From Eledone cirrhosa (Eukaryota), in contig OZ024746.1 of the NCBI GenBank assembly GCA_964016885.1, forward strand, positions 87,606,001-87,670,000: 64,000 bases of DNA, read 5' to 3'. Each line of letters starts with the position of its first letter. The first letter of the stretch is position 1. The notes beneath the pieces were generated by a model. That model saw nothing but the letters and a program-made list of their open reading frames with translations. It was not told where the DNA came from and ran no database searches. This document shows positions 40,298 to 55,038 of the stretch, piece by piece. Both the position numbers and the translations under genes were made by a program.

Positions 40298-40890
40298 ATT
40301 GTTATACTTGGGGAGGGTCATATTTGTGTAATATTTCCAGAATTAATAACAGAACACACTCACTGTTTGGTTGGTTTTCGCTTCTCGCTCTCTTTTATAT
40401 CTGCAATCTAGCTTACTCGGTCCTCAATGTTGCCATTAACTGACCGACGGTCAACAATATTACAGATACAATATAGACATAAACACATATATATAGTTTA
40501 CAAATATCTTTCGTTGCACATCTGCAACATCGTCAGTGGTGTTATATTTTCCTCCTGTTGTGTTGTATGTCTACGCCATTTTTTATTCAGTCTGTCTATA
40601 TATTTATTTATTTATTTGATTGTTTGTTTATTTTATTTTGTCTTATTTGCGAATGCGCTTGCGTGTGTGTATAGCGTTATGTTTGCTGTGTGACTAGTGT
40701 GTATAGTGTTGTGTTTGCTGGGTGACTAGTTTGTGTTTATGTGCTTGTTGTTATTGTGCTTGTGGATGTATTTATTTATCCTATTTTATTTAATTATTTA
40801 TACTTCTCTTAGGTCAGTGTTGTTTGTTTGGGTGTTGTTGCTATTCCACTCATTCTTTCTGTTTAGCTTTGGTCTTCTAACTTCTATTTC
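40298..40890 (-). mobile_element. PLE 3' UTR/pLTR copy with hammerhead-like core at about 40498-40538
   Basis: Paralogous to 36940-37525; minus strand CUGACGA-UGUUGCA gaug UGCAAC-GAAAG. Confidence 0.75.
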
Positions 40891-41233
40891 ACTGGCCTCA
40901 CAGATTTGCCCATCTGCTGGGTCATTTCTAATTCATCGCCGTTATATATATATATACATATATAAACGGAAAAAATGAAACGAAATTTCATTTCTCACTC
41001 TTAGTACGGCTGTTACTTAAATATATATTAATAAATATATATTAATAACCTTAAATTACCACACTAATAATGGAAAGATATGCTGATGAGAATAGGTGCA
41101 AATATGCTATAATGAATGTGCCTAAAAGCGACCATAAGTATGTATATATATGGGAAAAATGTATATAAATAAGTAAATATATATATATGTTTGATGTGTA
41201 TAGTTAGATGTAAGTGCATTCATGTATTAAAGT

Positions 41234-41294
<61 letters not shown>

Positions 41295-41576
41295 TATATA
41301 TACACATAGACTGGAGTATGTGTGTATATATGTGTGTGTGTCTATACGTGTGTATATAAAGATAAGTTGAGTATGAAAATGTATACACATGGACGCGTAT
41401 GTATGTACATGTATATATGTTTATATATATATATATATGTATGCATGTGTCTATGTATGTAAGTATGAGCATGTAAGTACGTGTATGTGAGTATATGTAT
41501 TGTGTAGAGGTGTGCATATATGTTTGTGTGTGAATGCGTGGGCGAAAGGATACGTACACTTATACACACACACATG

Positions 41577-41960
41577 TGAAGGCGCGTGGCTGAGTGGTAA
41601 GAGAATCGTATTAGCAATTGTGAGGTTGCGAGTTCGATTCATGGACCGGGTGTGGCATTATGTGCTTGAGCAAGGCACTTTATTTCATGTTGCTCCTTCT
41701 ATGTGGAGTTGCGACCGATAGATAGTAATACCAATTGGAAAGACCCTTGGAAACCTTGTTTCCTCGGTCCGATTTGACGAAAATCCATCGACTGAGATAT
41801 ATATACACAAATACATTGTAGGTTGCTTTAACCTGTCTTTTATTATTCAAAAAACGTCTGGCCAATAAACATTAACCCTTTGTGCGGCATTCATCTAACT
41901 GTAGACCAACAAATACTAAGTAAACAGAGCGTTGACAAGAATGATGGCGAATGAATCTTC
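41577..41960 (+). mobile_element. tRNA-derived SINE family B (CORE-like)
   Basis: A-box tggctgagtgg, B-box gagttcgattc, CORE-like gtgcttgagcaaggcactttatttcatgttgctcc. Confidence 0.7.
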
Positions 41961-42084
41961 GAGGTAAGCAGTTTCCTACCGAGCTGTTAGTTCACGCGGG
42001 ATTCTCTGCTACACCTTTTCGTAATAATACCGAACAACGTACTGCTGGTCACTCCTTCCTCCAAAAGCCGTAAAAAGCATTTTC

Positions 42085-42139
<55 letters not shown>

Positions 42140-42489
42140 AAAAAAAGCGTCGTTATGTGGATCGAGAAGAACAATTTCTTGCAAAGACAGGCAAGACCAA
42201 GTTTGTGGTATAAATGGATTCGTTTGACTAATATTCTATCTAAAATAACCGAATGATTTCCAGCCCCGGAGTTTAAGAATGATGTAAATAAAATTGAAAA
42301 CGAAAATGACAGAGGATATTAAAATAGTAAAAGTAAATAGTGAAGATTTAGGCCAGTATATAAGTATGCGCCGATGGACATACACATACATATATCTACG
42401 CACACACAAACACATACACACACACAAACACACACATGCACACACACACACACACGCGCACGTATGTACGCACGCACGCACGCACGTGT

Positions 42490-42920
42490 GTGTGTGTAAA
42501 CCTTATGCATTTCTACAGTATTTTCACCAAACTTAAGACATAGGTTACTTATGTACTCCGGATGGTCATGGGCAATTTCATTTTTCCAGATATTGATTAT
42601 AGGGCCTCCCGCAGATAACTCCCTTCATCCGCTTCCTTCTAGTCGACTGCAGCACTGCAGTGAAATGCAACAAAACCTCATAATTTCTGGAGTTCGCAAC
42701 CGATTTTCACAAAACTTGACACCTGGGCTACGTTTGTTCTCCAGATGAATGTGAATTGGCACATATTGAGGAGGGGACCCCTGGGGGGCAGTAATCCAAT
42801 TTGGAAAAAAGCCGATGATTTTGTAAAAGTATAGTTTTCGAATGAGCACTGAAGTATTGACAGAAATGTTATACATAACTGCTATGTAATACCCGAGCAA
42901 CGCCGGGTACATCTGCTAGT
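42490..42920 (+). mobile_element. Non-autonomous Helitron-like element, 3' portion
   Basis: Subterminal hairpin tacccgagcaacgccgggta followed by ctagt; internal repeated attttcac.aaactt motifs. Confidence 0.65.
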
Positions 42921-43294
42921 ATTATGTATATCAATAACATGTGTATACATTTCTATTTTCCCTGTCATAGCTTAAAAATTAGTTGACTTTAGTTTAACAT
43001 TCTAACGAATCACGCATTGATTTAACGGAGCTATCCAAACTGTAAATTACATGTAATGATAGTTGCCTGCAATATCTGTTTCAAACCAAATTTAAAGAAG
43101 TATTAGTTCATCCTATTATTTTTATTTTTTTCATTATTGTTATTTTCCTTTATCAATCTAGTATTTTGTTATACACAATAACCTCTTAATATTTACAACC
43201 TACTATTACACTATAAAATATGGCTGGTGTATTCATTGTTCTAATATTCGCGTGTGTGTACTTGTGTAAGAACGTATCTATATATGTATTTATG

Positions 43295-43407
<113 letters not shown>

Positions 43408-43489
43408 GTATGTATACATATATATGTGTATTATGAATGTAAATATTTTCTTCTCATGTTACTGTTTTATTAATGTTTACCAATAGAGA

Positions 43490-45080
43490 GAGACGGTTTC
43501 TAATAGAGAAACATAGGTCATTGTGTTGTAGACCATATCAACTAGATAATTAAATCAGAATGTATGTGTGCGTTTGTATGTATATGTGTGTATGTATGGA
43601 TGTTATTGCATCTGATCCTGTGTATGTGTTGTGTTATATGTGTACACGTGCATGTTACTGCATTATACGTGTATATGTAGTTATTACTTGTTTGAATTTT
43701 GAAATGTTTTATATACTTTTATAGTTCTTTTAATGGACTGTACATGCAACTTCCACACAAGCCCTGCACTTTCTTGTTCTGTGAAGCCCAGCTTCTGAAG
43801 GTTTGTACTTTTTTAGATTGTAACATATATAAGAGCTCGATGATTGAAGTAAAAATCTATAGTTATAGTACGTGTTGAGTATCTGCAGAGTTGTCATATC
43901 TGCGTAAATGTTCTCATTGAGGTTAATTATTAGCATTATACTGACATATGCTAGGCAGATGATTTCCCCTGCTGCCCAAGCTTACTTTTTTCTGTACCAT
44001 ATCCCAATGGATGCTCCGTTATGTTTGCGTTTTGTTTGGGTTTTGACTGAACCATATTAAGAACACATATGCCATCCACATCACTATATGTTTTATATGT
44101 GTATTCTCTGGACTATCAATTCTACGGATTGTATTATATATTTTTTTGCCACTACCTCAATCATCAAAGGTAGATATTATGACATGTTATCTTAGTGTCT
44201 ATCTTTATTTTGGTGAGCCTATATAGATTCTGCTAATATCAACCAGCATGAAATATGTGTATCATTTTTGAGAGCTTCCTATTAGAACCTGAAAAGTTAT
44301 ATACGTTAGAAAGTAAACTTTATGTAACAATAACAGACAATTAAGTTTCTGCTGATGCTTTTTTATCCCGATATGTTCCTATTTAAGTCTCAATGGTATC
44401 ATCATTGATGCTGTATATTTTTGGTGAATCGCAGGGCAGTAGTGTGTTTGTATCTCTTCGAACTATACTGCATCTTGGTTGAAATTATTTTCCTCATGCC
44501 ATATTTTTTCTCCAGAAGTGATTTATATCTTTCTAGGATAGGGCCTCAATTGCATTTATTGATTTTCCCCTTATTTATCTATGGATTGATGTATGGCTTC
44601 GGTTGAATATTTTATTAATAATTTTTCTTTAAGCCGATTTCCTCTGATATCGGAGTTTCTCGCTGAGAGACCTCGATTCTATTTGGAGAGTGTTTTGAAG
44701 GGCTCTGCTTGCATTGTCACCAAACATAATTTCTGTGTTATTTTCCACCCTTTCTTGGTATTGACTTTTGTTATGACTACGTGTGATAATCATTGTAACA
44801 TGGATGATCATTTTCCGTCAGCGATGGGTTTTTTTCTTTTTGTTTTTGAAATACACAATGGTATTTTTCTGTTGTTTTCCTCCTGGTAGCATCTCTAATA
44901 TCTTCAAGATAATACATTATGATCGATGTTAGGACTCATCTACAAACATTACGTTCCCAACATTGTCGGAGCTTTAACTTGACGTAGCCTTTCAACTCCG
45001 ATTTCGTTGAAAACGGGCTGAATTATTTGCTTTGGTATCCTCTTTAATACTGACATGTTCTGTCTCTAATCAAGTTTATA
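43490..45080 (-). mobile_element. Degenerate, internally deleted R4/Dong-type LINE
   Basis: 3' part LQKLGFTEQESAGLVWKLHVQSIKRTIK is homologous to 8950-9060; upstream KIWHEENNFNQDA resembles the pre-RT region. Confidence 0.6.
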
Positions 45081-45312
45081 TTCTAATTGATTCTCCTCTG
45101 AGATCTTCCACTTAATGGTAGACTATTTACTATTGACAGCGTTTTAATGTTGATGGTCAACGTTATTGCATGTTATAGCACTCAAGTTAAAATCAGTTGT
45201 GACATGTGCTGCTTGCATATGTTATCTAGGAGACTGTTGTTATTTTACTGTTTTGAATAATATTTATATTATTTTTACATTAAACAAACATCGCTTAGGG
45301 GTACGTTCGGTC

Positions 45313-45918
45313 CATTTGTAGTTCTATATATGACATATTTAGATCGAGCTAAATATGTGTTTAGTGGTATGTGTATATTGGATTTAGTAAATAGAATACT
45401 TATATATCTGTCAAACGTTACACACGGCAATGTCAATTATTGCTATAGCTATGTTCTCTTCAGAGGTTTTTTTTTTTTGTTAGCCATTTTACAATGCTAT
45501 TCTAATACACCGTGCCTTTAATAAATATCATCAGAAGAATATCTAGTTATTTTTTTTTGTTTTAACAAACTTAGTTTTGCAGATAATATAAATCTTAAAT
45601 ATAATTAATAATCTCCCACACCATATATGTGATATCTCTTGACTAGTATTTATGTATGCATATATTTAGTACCAAAATCTGCCAGCATGAATCAACTTGA
45701 CAACTATTCAAGTTCTTCCGTTGGCTTGTTCTGTCTAAATTGGAAACCATCAGGTTGAAGTGTCCTCATGGTCCCGGAGTATAGAGTGTAAATAATTGAT
45801 ATTGCCGTATGTAACGTTTGAAAGATATATAAGTATTCTATTTATTAAATCCAATATACACAAACCCTTAAACACATATTTAGCTCCATCCAAATATGTC
45901 TTACATAGAATTATAAAT
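45313..45918. mobile_element. MITE-like element with terminal inverted repeats of about 130 bp
   Basis: gagctaaatatgtgtttag..tgtgtatattggatttagtaaatagaatacttatatatct..caaacgttaca is inverted at about 45790-45918. Confidence 0.82.
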
Positions 45919-46381
45919 TAAAACATAAATATTAGGAGGATATTGGTTAAACAGTCGCTGTGAGACAGATTTAACTTAAGCAGAGTAATCTCTATTGTAG
46001 TAGCAAACCTCTATTTCACAATTTCTAGCACTTTGAGGAGACGAGGTACACTGTATCATGGTCATTACCTTCCTCTAGTTTTGATGACATATAATTGCAT
46101 ACCATTTTCACAAATGTTGTATACACTGAATAACATGTGCCAAATGCAGCTCCTATTTTACCCCCAGAAGTGTTGATTTTTTTGCCCAGTTTTCAAGTTC
46201 AATCTTTCAAAAGCCGCACATATTTTCAGGTTGCAGAACAACTGTGCAATGATTATTTAATAATATGAATCATGTAATAGGGGGAAATTGTTTCAATTAT
46301 ATTGCATAGAACAAAGTGAATGATGCAATAATTAAAACAAAATGTTTGAAACTCAGTCTGAAACGTTTGCCGTAGGCTCTG

Positions 46382-46441
<60 letters not shown>

Positions 46442-46469
46442 AGACAGAGCCTATTATATAACTGAACGT

Positions 46470-46752
46470 CGTATGTATGTATCCTACACGCCTCCCTATA
46501 CTTTCTCTCCGGCGCTCTTCCCTCTCTCTATAATATATCATTCCCCCTGTCTATAATTTAACTGCTTTACTCTCTCTGTCGCTCTTTACTGTCATTATGT
46601 AGGTATTATGTATATATGTATGTATGTATCCTACACACCTCTTTATAGTTTCTTAGCTTTACTCTCTCCGTCGTTCTTCCCTCTCTCTATAATATATCAT
46701 TCCTCCTCTCTATAATTTAACTGCTTTACTCTCTCTGTCGCTCTTTAGTGTC
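46470..46752. repeat. Tandem dimer of a unit of about 150 bp, possibly inside a Helitron-like element ending ctagt at about 47167
   Basis: gtatgtatgtatcctacac..cttccctctctctataatatatcattcc..tctataatttaactgctttactctctctgtcgctcttta occurs twice. Confidence 0.85.
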
Positions 46753-48078
46753 TATATGACAACGCTGTTTTAGTTTCCGTATCTCCCTTCAATATATACA
46801 CATGGAGAGAGAGAGAGAGATAGAGGGAGAGAGAGACGGAGAGAGAGAGAGATAGAGGGAGAGAGAGACGGAGAGAGAGAGAGAGAGAGAGATAGAGAGA
46901 GAGAGAAATATTAGGAAAACTACACACACACATCTACGGAGAGAGACAGAAAAACAGAGAGAAGAGAAAAGAGAGAGTGATAGGCCGATAGACAGAGAGA
47001 AATACAATTTAAGCGTTAGTTATTCAAAGAGAAAGAGAGGGATAGATAGATAGAGAGAGAGAGAGAGTCGGAAGGACAATGTGACACGGGAGGGTGTGTG
47101 GTATCTTTGCAGTGGAGTGGTGAGGGCAGGTATACCTAGCCGAGTGCCAGTCGTAAGGTCCAGCTAGTATATGTATATATATTTACGATTTCGGATAACA
47201 CAACAACATAAAATAAAATAAATGTTCAATTCCGAGTAATGAATAGGTAACATGTAAAATCTTATTCTTGTGTACCAAATCCGGTCCAACATTTCCTATC
47301 ACATTGAATAGAACTTTCTTTAAAACAATAATATTTATTTGTGTCTTTGACTGATGTTTAGGTGTGGAAGGATTAGATAATGGCTAATGTCGCCTTCCAG
47401 GATAAGGTTGAGGCGTCGTGCGGATTCCACAGACGTCATTGTCCATCTTGCCTGTGTCAAAGGGTAATTTACCAAATATATTCGGTTAGGTTGTAGGTAA
47501 AATATATACTGTGACAGCTGTTCGCAATAAAAGCCACTTTCTTCTATCAATATTGTAGAGTAAGTTGGGAAACAATACCCAAATTTGCCAAAAGCTTATA
47601 TGTGTAAATAGTGGTTATAGCGTCCTTTAGGTACAATACTTTTGCTAACAGTCGTTTCCAGATCTTACATTAAGCACATACACAAGCACCACAGCCTATA
47701 TATTTAACTTTGTAATGGTTTTGGATAGTCCGTCAAAGATAAAACAGTTCCGCTACAGAAGATGAAAGGGTAAAAAATAAATATAGATGTCGTTGTAGAT
47801 ATAGCAGGATTATGAAGTAAAGGCCACAGAGATAATTTCGTAGAGAATTAGAAAAATAGATCTAATGATCCTTGGGAATGTGAAGGTTCTCACCGACTCA
47901 GTATAAAATAATTGGCATCAACTTAGGATTGAACATCATATAATAGGTGTTAATGGATCTTGCATCTTAGTGCTCGGGATAGTGAACGCTCGAACATGCT
48001 CATACATAAACAAGCGCTCTTTCAAGTGTAGAGAGACCAGGCGATACATAAATACACAGATACATATGTGAACACGTT

Positions 48079-48139
<61 letters not shown>

Positions 48140-48402
48140 GAGAAAGAGAAAAATACACAATCAAATACATATGCAAATGCAATTCCTTATATATATATAT
48201 GTGTGTGTCTATCTGTGTACCTCTGTCTGTGTGTTACTTACGTCTATGAATGTGTGTGTTTATGTAGAAATAGAGTTCATATGAGCATCCGTTTCTTTTA
48301 TCCACTCCAATTTTATATCACATTCTCTTTCTCTGAATACTTATGGACGTAGTCGCGTATCTGCATACCTGTATGGGCTCGGCTATATATATGTATTTAC
48401 AT

Positions 48403-48463
<61 letters not shown>

Positions 48464-48509
48464 AAACTACTTCGCTTTTCCTTATTCTATATATATATAT
48501 ATATATATA

Positions 48510-48550
<41 letters not shown>

Positions 48551-49072
48551 AGATTCTTGTGAGTTAATCTAATTGAAATTCTGTCAGGCGATGGTAATTT
48601 ATATAATGATGTTTCATTATACAGGCCATTCTCTGGAAATCGACTATGCAATATTCAACCATCTTTAGAATTATGTTCAACTTTGACCGCTAGAGAGCTA
48701 ATGTTATTTCCAAATTCGAAAAATTTGTCGATACGGACGAAACAGGAAATGAAATTAATTAAGTATAATTTTCTTGCAGCAAAAAGGAAACAATTAAATT
48801 TCTAAATAATTCCATAAATGTTTCTGAAATAACAAATGCCACTCATTCTTTGCAATCAATTTGTCCTCTAGTATGTACTTATATGTATATTTCGATATTA
48901 TGTTTCATAGTGCTAGGCCTATTTGTCGCTGTATCGCACACATCTTGTGTATTAATCTACAATATATAAATCCATATTAATATAGATACAGTCACATATT
49001 CACAATCTTGCATATACACACGCTGCATTTATTCAGACGAAGATACAACTATGGATGCCCGCAGTCATATAG

Positions 49073-49845
<773 letters not shown>

Positions 49846-50496
49846 GCGTGTTTTAGTATTCGACCATCTCGATATAATGTCATATTTCGCACACTAATTA
49901 GAGTATGGGGTCGTTATTTTTTCTCCTTACCGGGATTTTTCTTACATATTTTATAAACATTTTCTCTGACCATCTTTAAAAACATTACGATGTACAAATA
50001 CTCTTTAACCTTTTAATAGTTCATGTGTAATAATCACTACCAAACAATTGAAGCAAATCTACCACGAATACTAAATAAATATAATGTGATCATCACCAAT
50101 AACAACATAGATATACTCAACGATCGTGTGGATTACTGAAATGTGTCTTTCTTTCTTTTCTTTTGTTTGTCTTTTATTTCGTTGTCTGACGTTGCAATTT
50201 CCAACGGGACGTAGTTTGCAGACAATTTTATTATACCGTAATTGTGTTATACTTTAGTGTTTTCCAATTTACATTCAGAATTATGTTAACTTAAGCTGAC
50301 TTTCTTTTGTGAGATTTTAACAGTATCATCGATGTTGTGGTCGTTGCCATCATCACCATCATCATCATCAACAATATTCCATTTGTCTGCGTCTGCATCA
50401 CCTCCATCGTGATGAAGAAAACAAACAATAATATGCGTAGTAATGTAAATTTTATTATGAATAACATTAACAATTAAGCCAATAAAAATAATAATT

Positions 50497-53010
50497 CCTT
50501 CTCTATTGGCCATTAGGGCCGAACAAAATGGTAGAATACAAATGGACAAGGGCATCGGTGTTTTATATGTGATTAATCGTGTGAACAAAATAAATTAAAA
50601 CAAGAAAAAATAGCGAAGACTGAGAGCATCAACCAATGGTCATATAAGAAGCCCGCAGATGCGAAACCACCCTAGACCCACGTGCAGTCTAAGAAAGTGC
50701 CCCTTTCACTCCGAAATTTTGAATTAACAGGAGCTTGTTCTGAGTAGGTTCATTCACTCGAGCTATCCTCGATACATCCAACCAGCTTTTAACAAATGTA
50801 CTAGAATAGTACTTCTTTCTCGATCTCCCACCGCCATTTCCAAGTGGAACTTGAAAAGATTAATAAAGACTTAGCTGAAGAGGAATGTGTCTGTCGTCAG
50901 AGATATCAGTCGCGTCCATCATAAACCATCTTTTGCTACAGTATGTCCTTCCCTGCCAATGATAGGTGCCAGGGCAATCTTCTCGATGGAGACGGACGAC
51001 AGTTTGATCAGTCCAACGCGAGACAATAGCCGTTCGACAAATCTCCACATGAATGGACGTTGGACAAGTGCATGAAGACTGGTTTCATAGCTCCGTGTGC
51101 ATGAGGGACTGGTAATTTCCCATCCTTCCCGAGTAAAAGAAGAAAACACGGTGATTTCACGTTGGAAACAATTGATAGCCGCATACATCATACACGTGAC
51201 AGCAAGAGTTCAACATACATCCACAAATTAGCAATGCTAGGAAACTCGACGAATACATGCAGGATATTTTCGTCAACCAGCACGCGTCTCAGACAGGCTT
51301 GGATTTCGGGACTGCCATTCATGTAGAGCTTATCTCAAACTGGTATTTTTCCGTTGTAGTACTGCCAGACCAGACTCTTCTGGAAGTTATTGAGACTCCT
51401 GAGCATGAAGTCTCCAGAAAAGCGTGTTTTTTTAATTTTCGACGAGACCCAGAACTTCCCTGAGAACGGCCTCAATGTTACCCACCATTAACACACCAAA
51501 GAAATCCAAGGTGTAATTTTCAGCAGTCGCACTGCCCGATTGCCTGAGGGCTGTGATCTCTTGAGGCAGGACTGCATATATGCGAAGGAGGTGATCTATG
51601 GAAAGATGTGGCTAGCAAACAGCGACCGAAAGTGTTCACCGTCGAGGTAAAACTGGAGAGAAAATAAACTGAGCACATGTTTGCACATCACCATCCACGA
51701 GATGACCAGTTCTACACGCAGTGGTGTTTTGCAGTAAATGGACCACCTGTCTATGTATAGGCATCTATTCCACAAAAAGCGTTGTCAGTCATGGACCGGG
51801 ACAAGGCATTACGTTCTGTCGGTAGATATATAGAAGCGATGAACGCGTTCGCCTCCTCTGCCCGACACTTAAAGAAAAGCTTCCTCACGGCGCATTTCTG
51901 GGTGTATGTAGCCACTCTGCTCTTAGGCTCCAACCAATTTTATTCATTTGCTGGTCTGTACCGAACCACACACTGAGAAATATATCTGGCACTCCGTCCA
52001 GTTCCCGGAGTCGCGGTTGGGCGGCGTGGACTTGCCTCAGCGTGTGTCGAGCGACATTTGCACTAACTTTTCCTTGTTAATTGTCGCTCCTATCGTAATT
52101 TCGTATTCACCAGGAGCAGTCAATTAGTCAATTAGTCAATTAGTTTGCTGTTCAACAACTCTCATGTGGTGTCGTCGACATAAGCTTACACTGCTCTTCT
52201 ACTTCCTAGTTCACGGGAGATACCCTTGAATATCTCCCACTTGTATAGTAATGTCAGAAGAGTCAATACATACTACAGAGAATAGTGGGAGTATGTGGCC
52301 GGCGGCGCACGTGATATTAACAGTTTTTGTAGTTGGCCTTTTACTCTGACTAAAAAAGTAAATGTCGCGCTGCATGAGATTGAACCTTCTGCAGTAGCTA
52401 CTAACAACATGTTCGAACATCCGGAAAGTTTTCTTTTACTCTAACTTGATCAGGGAGCCAATCAGGTTCATTAGCGACTCTCTCTATGATTTATCACGTA
52501 AAGTGTAAGCGGACGTCTGCGCCTCCCTTAAAAGACCACCGGAGTCATGCGCAAAACCTTGTCGCAACGGCCTGACCGAAATCTCAAATCCTGCGTTTAG
52601 AAGATTTATGTGCTTTAAATTATCTATAAGGTCCCGCTACCTCCGCAGTGCCGCAGAACCTTGGTTCACAGTATTGAGAACACCCCCGTTCTTCTGCCTG
52701 TTTGGCGTAGACGTATGCTTAGATATCGCCGAACCGGTTTCGTATTTTGCATGAAGCTGGTAAGGCGCACTATCTAAACCACACGATTTGGCCACCCACG
52801 TGCATGGAAGCATTTCGCCCTCGGCAAATATATATACCACCACAATAAAGATGGAGGAATGTGTCCAAATTGACCCTAAACCAGTTTTCCCTCCGGTTTA
52901 TTTTTATTTCCTCAATTTGACGCATACCAGGACCAACCAGATGTCTAATTCTGCCGGGCTTCCAGAAATACCGATTTCGACTGTTCTGTTTCCAATATAA
53001 CTTTTATAAA
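50497..53010 (-). mobile_element. Second, older Tx1/L1-clade LINE (RT, C-terminal zinc-binding region, 3' UTR)
   Basis: YVLTLLTLLYKWEIFKGISRELGSRRAV*AYVDD aligns with YVLTLEPLLHKLVTLRGVPRELGCGRSVSAYADD at 21.7 kb; also LNNFQKSLVWQ..DKL and DENILHVFVEFPSIANLW..LLSRV; ends at an (ATT)n tract. Confidence 0.8.
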
Positions 53011-53762
53011 ATTATTTATTGGCCCGTTATGACTGGCATACAGTCTATGTAAAGAGAAAACACGATGCTTCCAATTGTTTTGGCTCTTGTGACATGCTGG
53101 ATATCATACATGATGTTCTTCAAAACTGTCTCAACATGCGCTTGAATCATTAATTCCGTTCTTTGATTTCAGATTTTGAATTCTATAGAAATACATCTAT
53201 AACTGTCTAGTTAGTCCAGGTCTTATCCATTGTTACCAAGTTTGTTACTTGCGCTCAATACGTTCCTTTTTCTGTTATGTCCATGTGCATGAATTCTGGG
53301 TAATTTTTTCTTTTTTTTTTTTTTTGGCTGCCGTAGCTGTAACCGTGTTAGAGTTGATGTTGTTCGTATTGTTGTTCATGTATTTTATATGATTTTTATG
53401 TTCACTTACTTCATCATATGTGAAAATTGCTGAATTCATTTTCTTAATAGTGTACATTAAGGCACCGCTCAAAATATCGTTCGTGCTTACCTCAATATTC
53501 ACCAACTGTCCTTACTGAAGTCGATTGTTGACGTCAAGCCAATAGTTCACTCTATTCTCAATATCCCCTAGTGTGATATTTGTATTACGTCGACTCCTAC
53601 ATGAACTTCTATTAAACAATAGAAGAGATATCACGTCATGCTTTAGATATATATATCTTTACATTTTCTTTAGAAAACCCGGGAAAGGTCTCCGCTTTTG
53701 GCGGTGAAGTGATATATATTGTTTCCTCAGTTATAAATGTAGGAACACACAATCCCTCCCAT

Positions 53763-53862
53763 CCAGACCACATTTACAGATACTGACTCTCATCCGGACC
53801 ATCGCTACACACACCAACAGTCTCCCAGACCATAGCTACAGACACTGCCTGTCTTCCAGGCC
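53763..53862. repeat. Degenerate 31-bp minisatellite, about 3 units
   Basis: ccagaccacatttacagatactgactctcat / ccggaccatcgctacacacaccaacagtctc / ccagaccatagctacagacactgcctgtctt. Confidence 0.65.
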
Positions 53863-54147
53863 CAAATTACCCTCCCTCATTTCCTTTTGACAAAAGCTAC
53901 AATCTCTCCCCTCTCATAGACTCTGGTTACAGTACCTCCCACTCTCCAAGAACATAACAACACTCCCTCATATCTCAAATCCTTTATTTAATATCTGCTA
54001 TGGATAATATTAGTTCCAGCCGAACTGTCGGGTCGAAGTTAGTCAAAGTATTCTTCCTAAACGAATATTTTCTTATATTTTCTCTGCTATATATTTTGCA
54101 GTTAAATTTTGTGCCGACACATTTTATCATTCTTCAATATTATTTCT

Positions 54148-54217
54148 ACGGGGTCGATAAAATAAAGTACCAGTAATGCACTGGGTAATTGCTGGCCTTG
54201 TGCCAAAAGTAGAAACA
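54148..54217 (+). mobile_element. SINE family A, 5'-truncated, with 9-bp TSD
   Basis: attatttct at 54139-54147 and 54218-54226. Confidence 0.88.
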
Positions 54218-54253
54218 ATTATTTCTTGTATTGTAATTAATTTAAATATTTAT

Positions 54254-54294
<41 letters not shown>

Positions 54295-54426
54295 TGAGTA
54301 CCTTACTTACTGTGATTATCCCCGACTCAACCCGGGACCTACGTATATATATATATATATATATATTAATTACCGAATAAAGTATTCGACATTTAAATTG
54401 GTTTGATGTTCCCTTACACACTACAT

Positions 54427-54507
54427 AATCGTTTCCACTTTTGGCACAGGGCCAGCAATTAGCCCAGTGCATTGCTGGTGCTTTATTTTATCGACTTTAC
54501 AAGGATG
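54427..54507 (-). mobile_element. SINE family A, 3' fragment
   Basis: Family match. Confidence 0.8.
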
Positions 54508-54584
54508 ACTATACAGTGGATGCTGGCACATTGTGATTGGAATCACTAAGAAGTAAACATCTACTGAAAGATAAAAACAATAAG

Positions 54585-54658
54585 TATTTCATCTGATGAA
54601 TGAACCAGACGTTTATATTTGAATCGTCTAACTTCGTGAAACCTTAGGTGATGGAATA
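54585..54658 (+). ncRNA. Type I hammerhead ribozyme with GUG at the cleavage site (probably inactive)
   Basis: Stem I UAUUUCAU/AUGGAAUA; CUGAUGA; stem II AUGAA/UUCGU plus AGACG/CGUCU; GAAA; stem III ACC uua GGU; same family as 38144-38215. Confidence 0.78.
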
Positions 54659-54680
54659 TTTATATTGTGTTGTTTATTAT

Positions 54681-54753
<73 letters not shown>

Positions 54754-54795
54754 CAAAATATTTATAAATGAAGGCATTCGCATAATCAAAATATA

Positions 54796-54861
54796 TGTTT
54801 CATTATATATATTTCGAAGGTACTGAGCTGTTTTTTCAGTACGTCCTCGTCAGATAAAATA
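54796..54861 (-). ncRNA. Type I hammerhead ribozyme
   Basis: Stem I UUUUAU/AUGAAA; CUGACGA; stem II GUACUGA/UCAGUAC; GAAA; palindromic (AU)n stem III; AUA triplet. Confidence 0.7.
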
Positions 54862-54922
54862 CATAAATTGATGTATGACATACCTCAACAGTCTTGATGG
54901 TTCAATTCCAGTATTATATATC

Positions 54923-55038
54923 TATTAAAATAACAGATTAACGTTTAATCGCTGCTTTCATTCTTAACGGGATCTTCTGAACCCGTTAAGTGTGAAAGCA
55001 GCGATTCTTTGCTTAAACTTTAATATGTTATTTTAATA
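54923..55038. repeat. Imperfect hairpin of about 115 nt
   Basis: tattaaaataacagattaacgtttaatcgctgctttcattcttaacggg pairs with cccgttaagtgtgaaagcagcgatt..ttaaactttaatatgttattttaata. Confidence 0.88.

Noticed and set aside
41083-41140. CUGAUGA followed by a hairpin (uaggugca/ugugccua)
   Set aside because: No GAAA box or stem III at the required position.
50860-52420. Apparent hAT, pogo or MULE transposase motifs (LISLTTD, CAAGHILP, MDRDKAL)
   Set aside because: The region aligns colinearly with the Tx1 ORF2 at 21-22 kb, so these are chance similarities.
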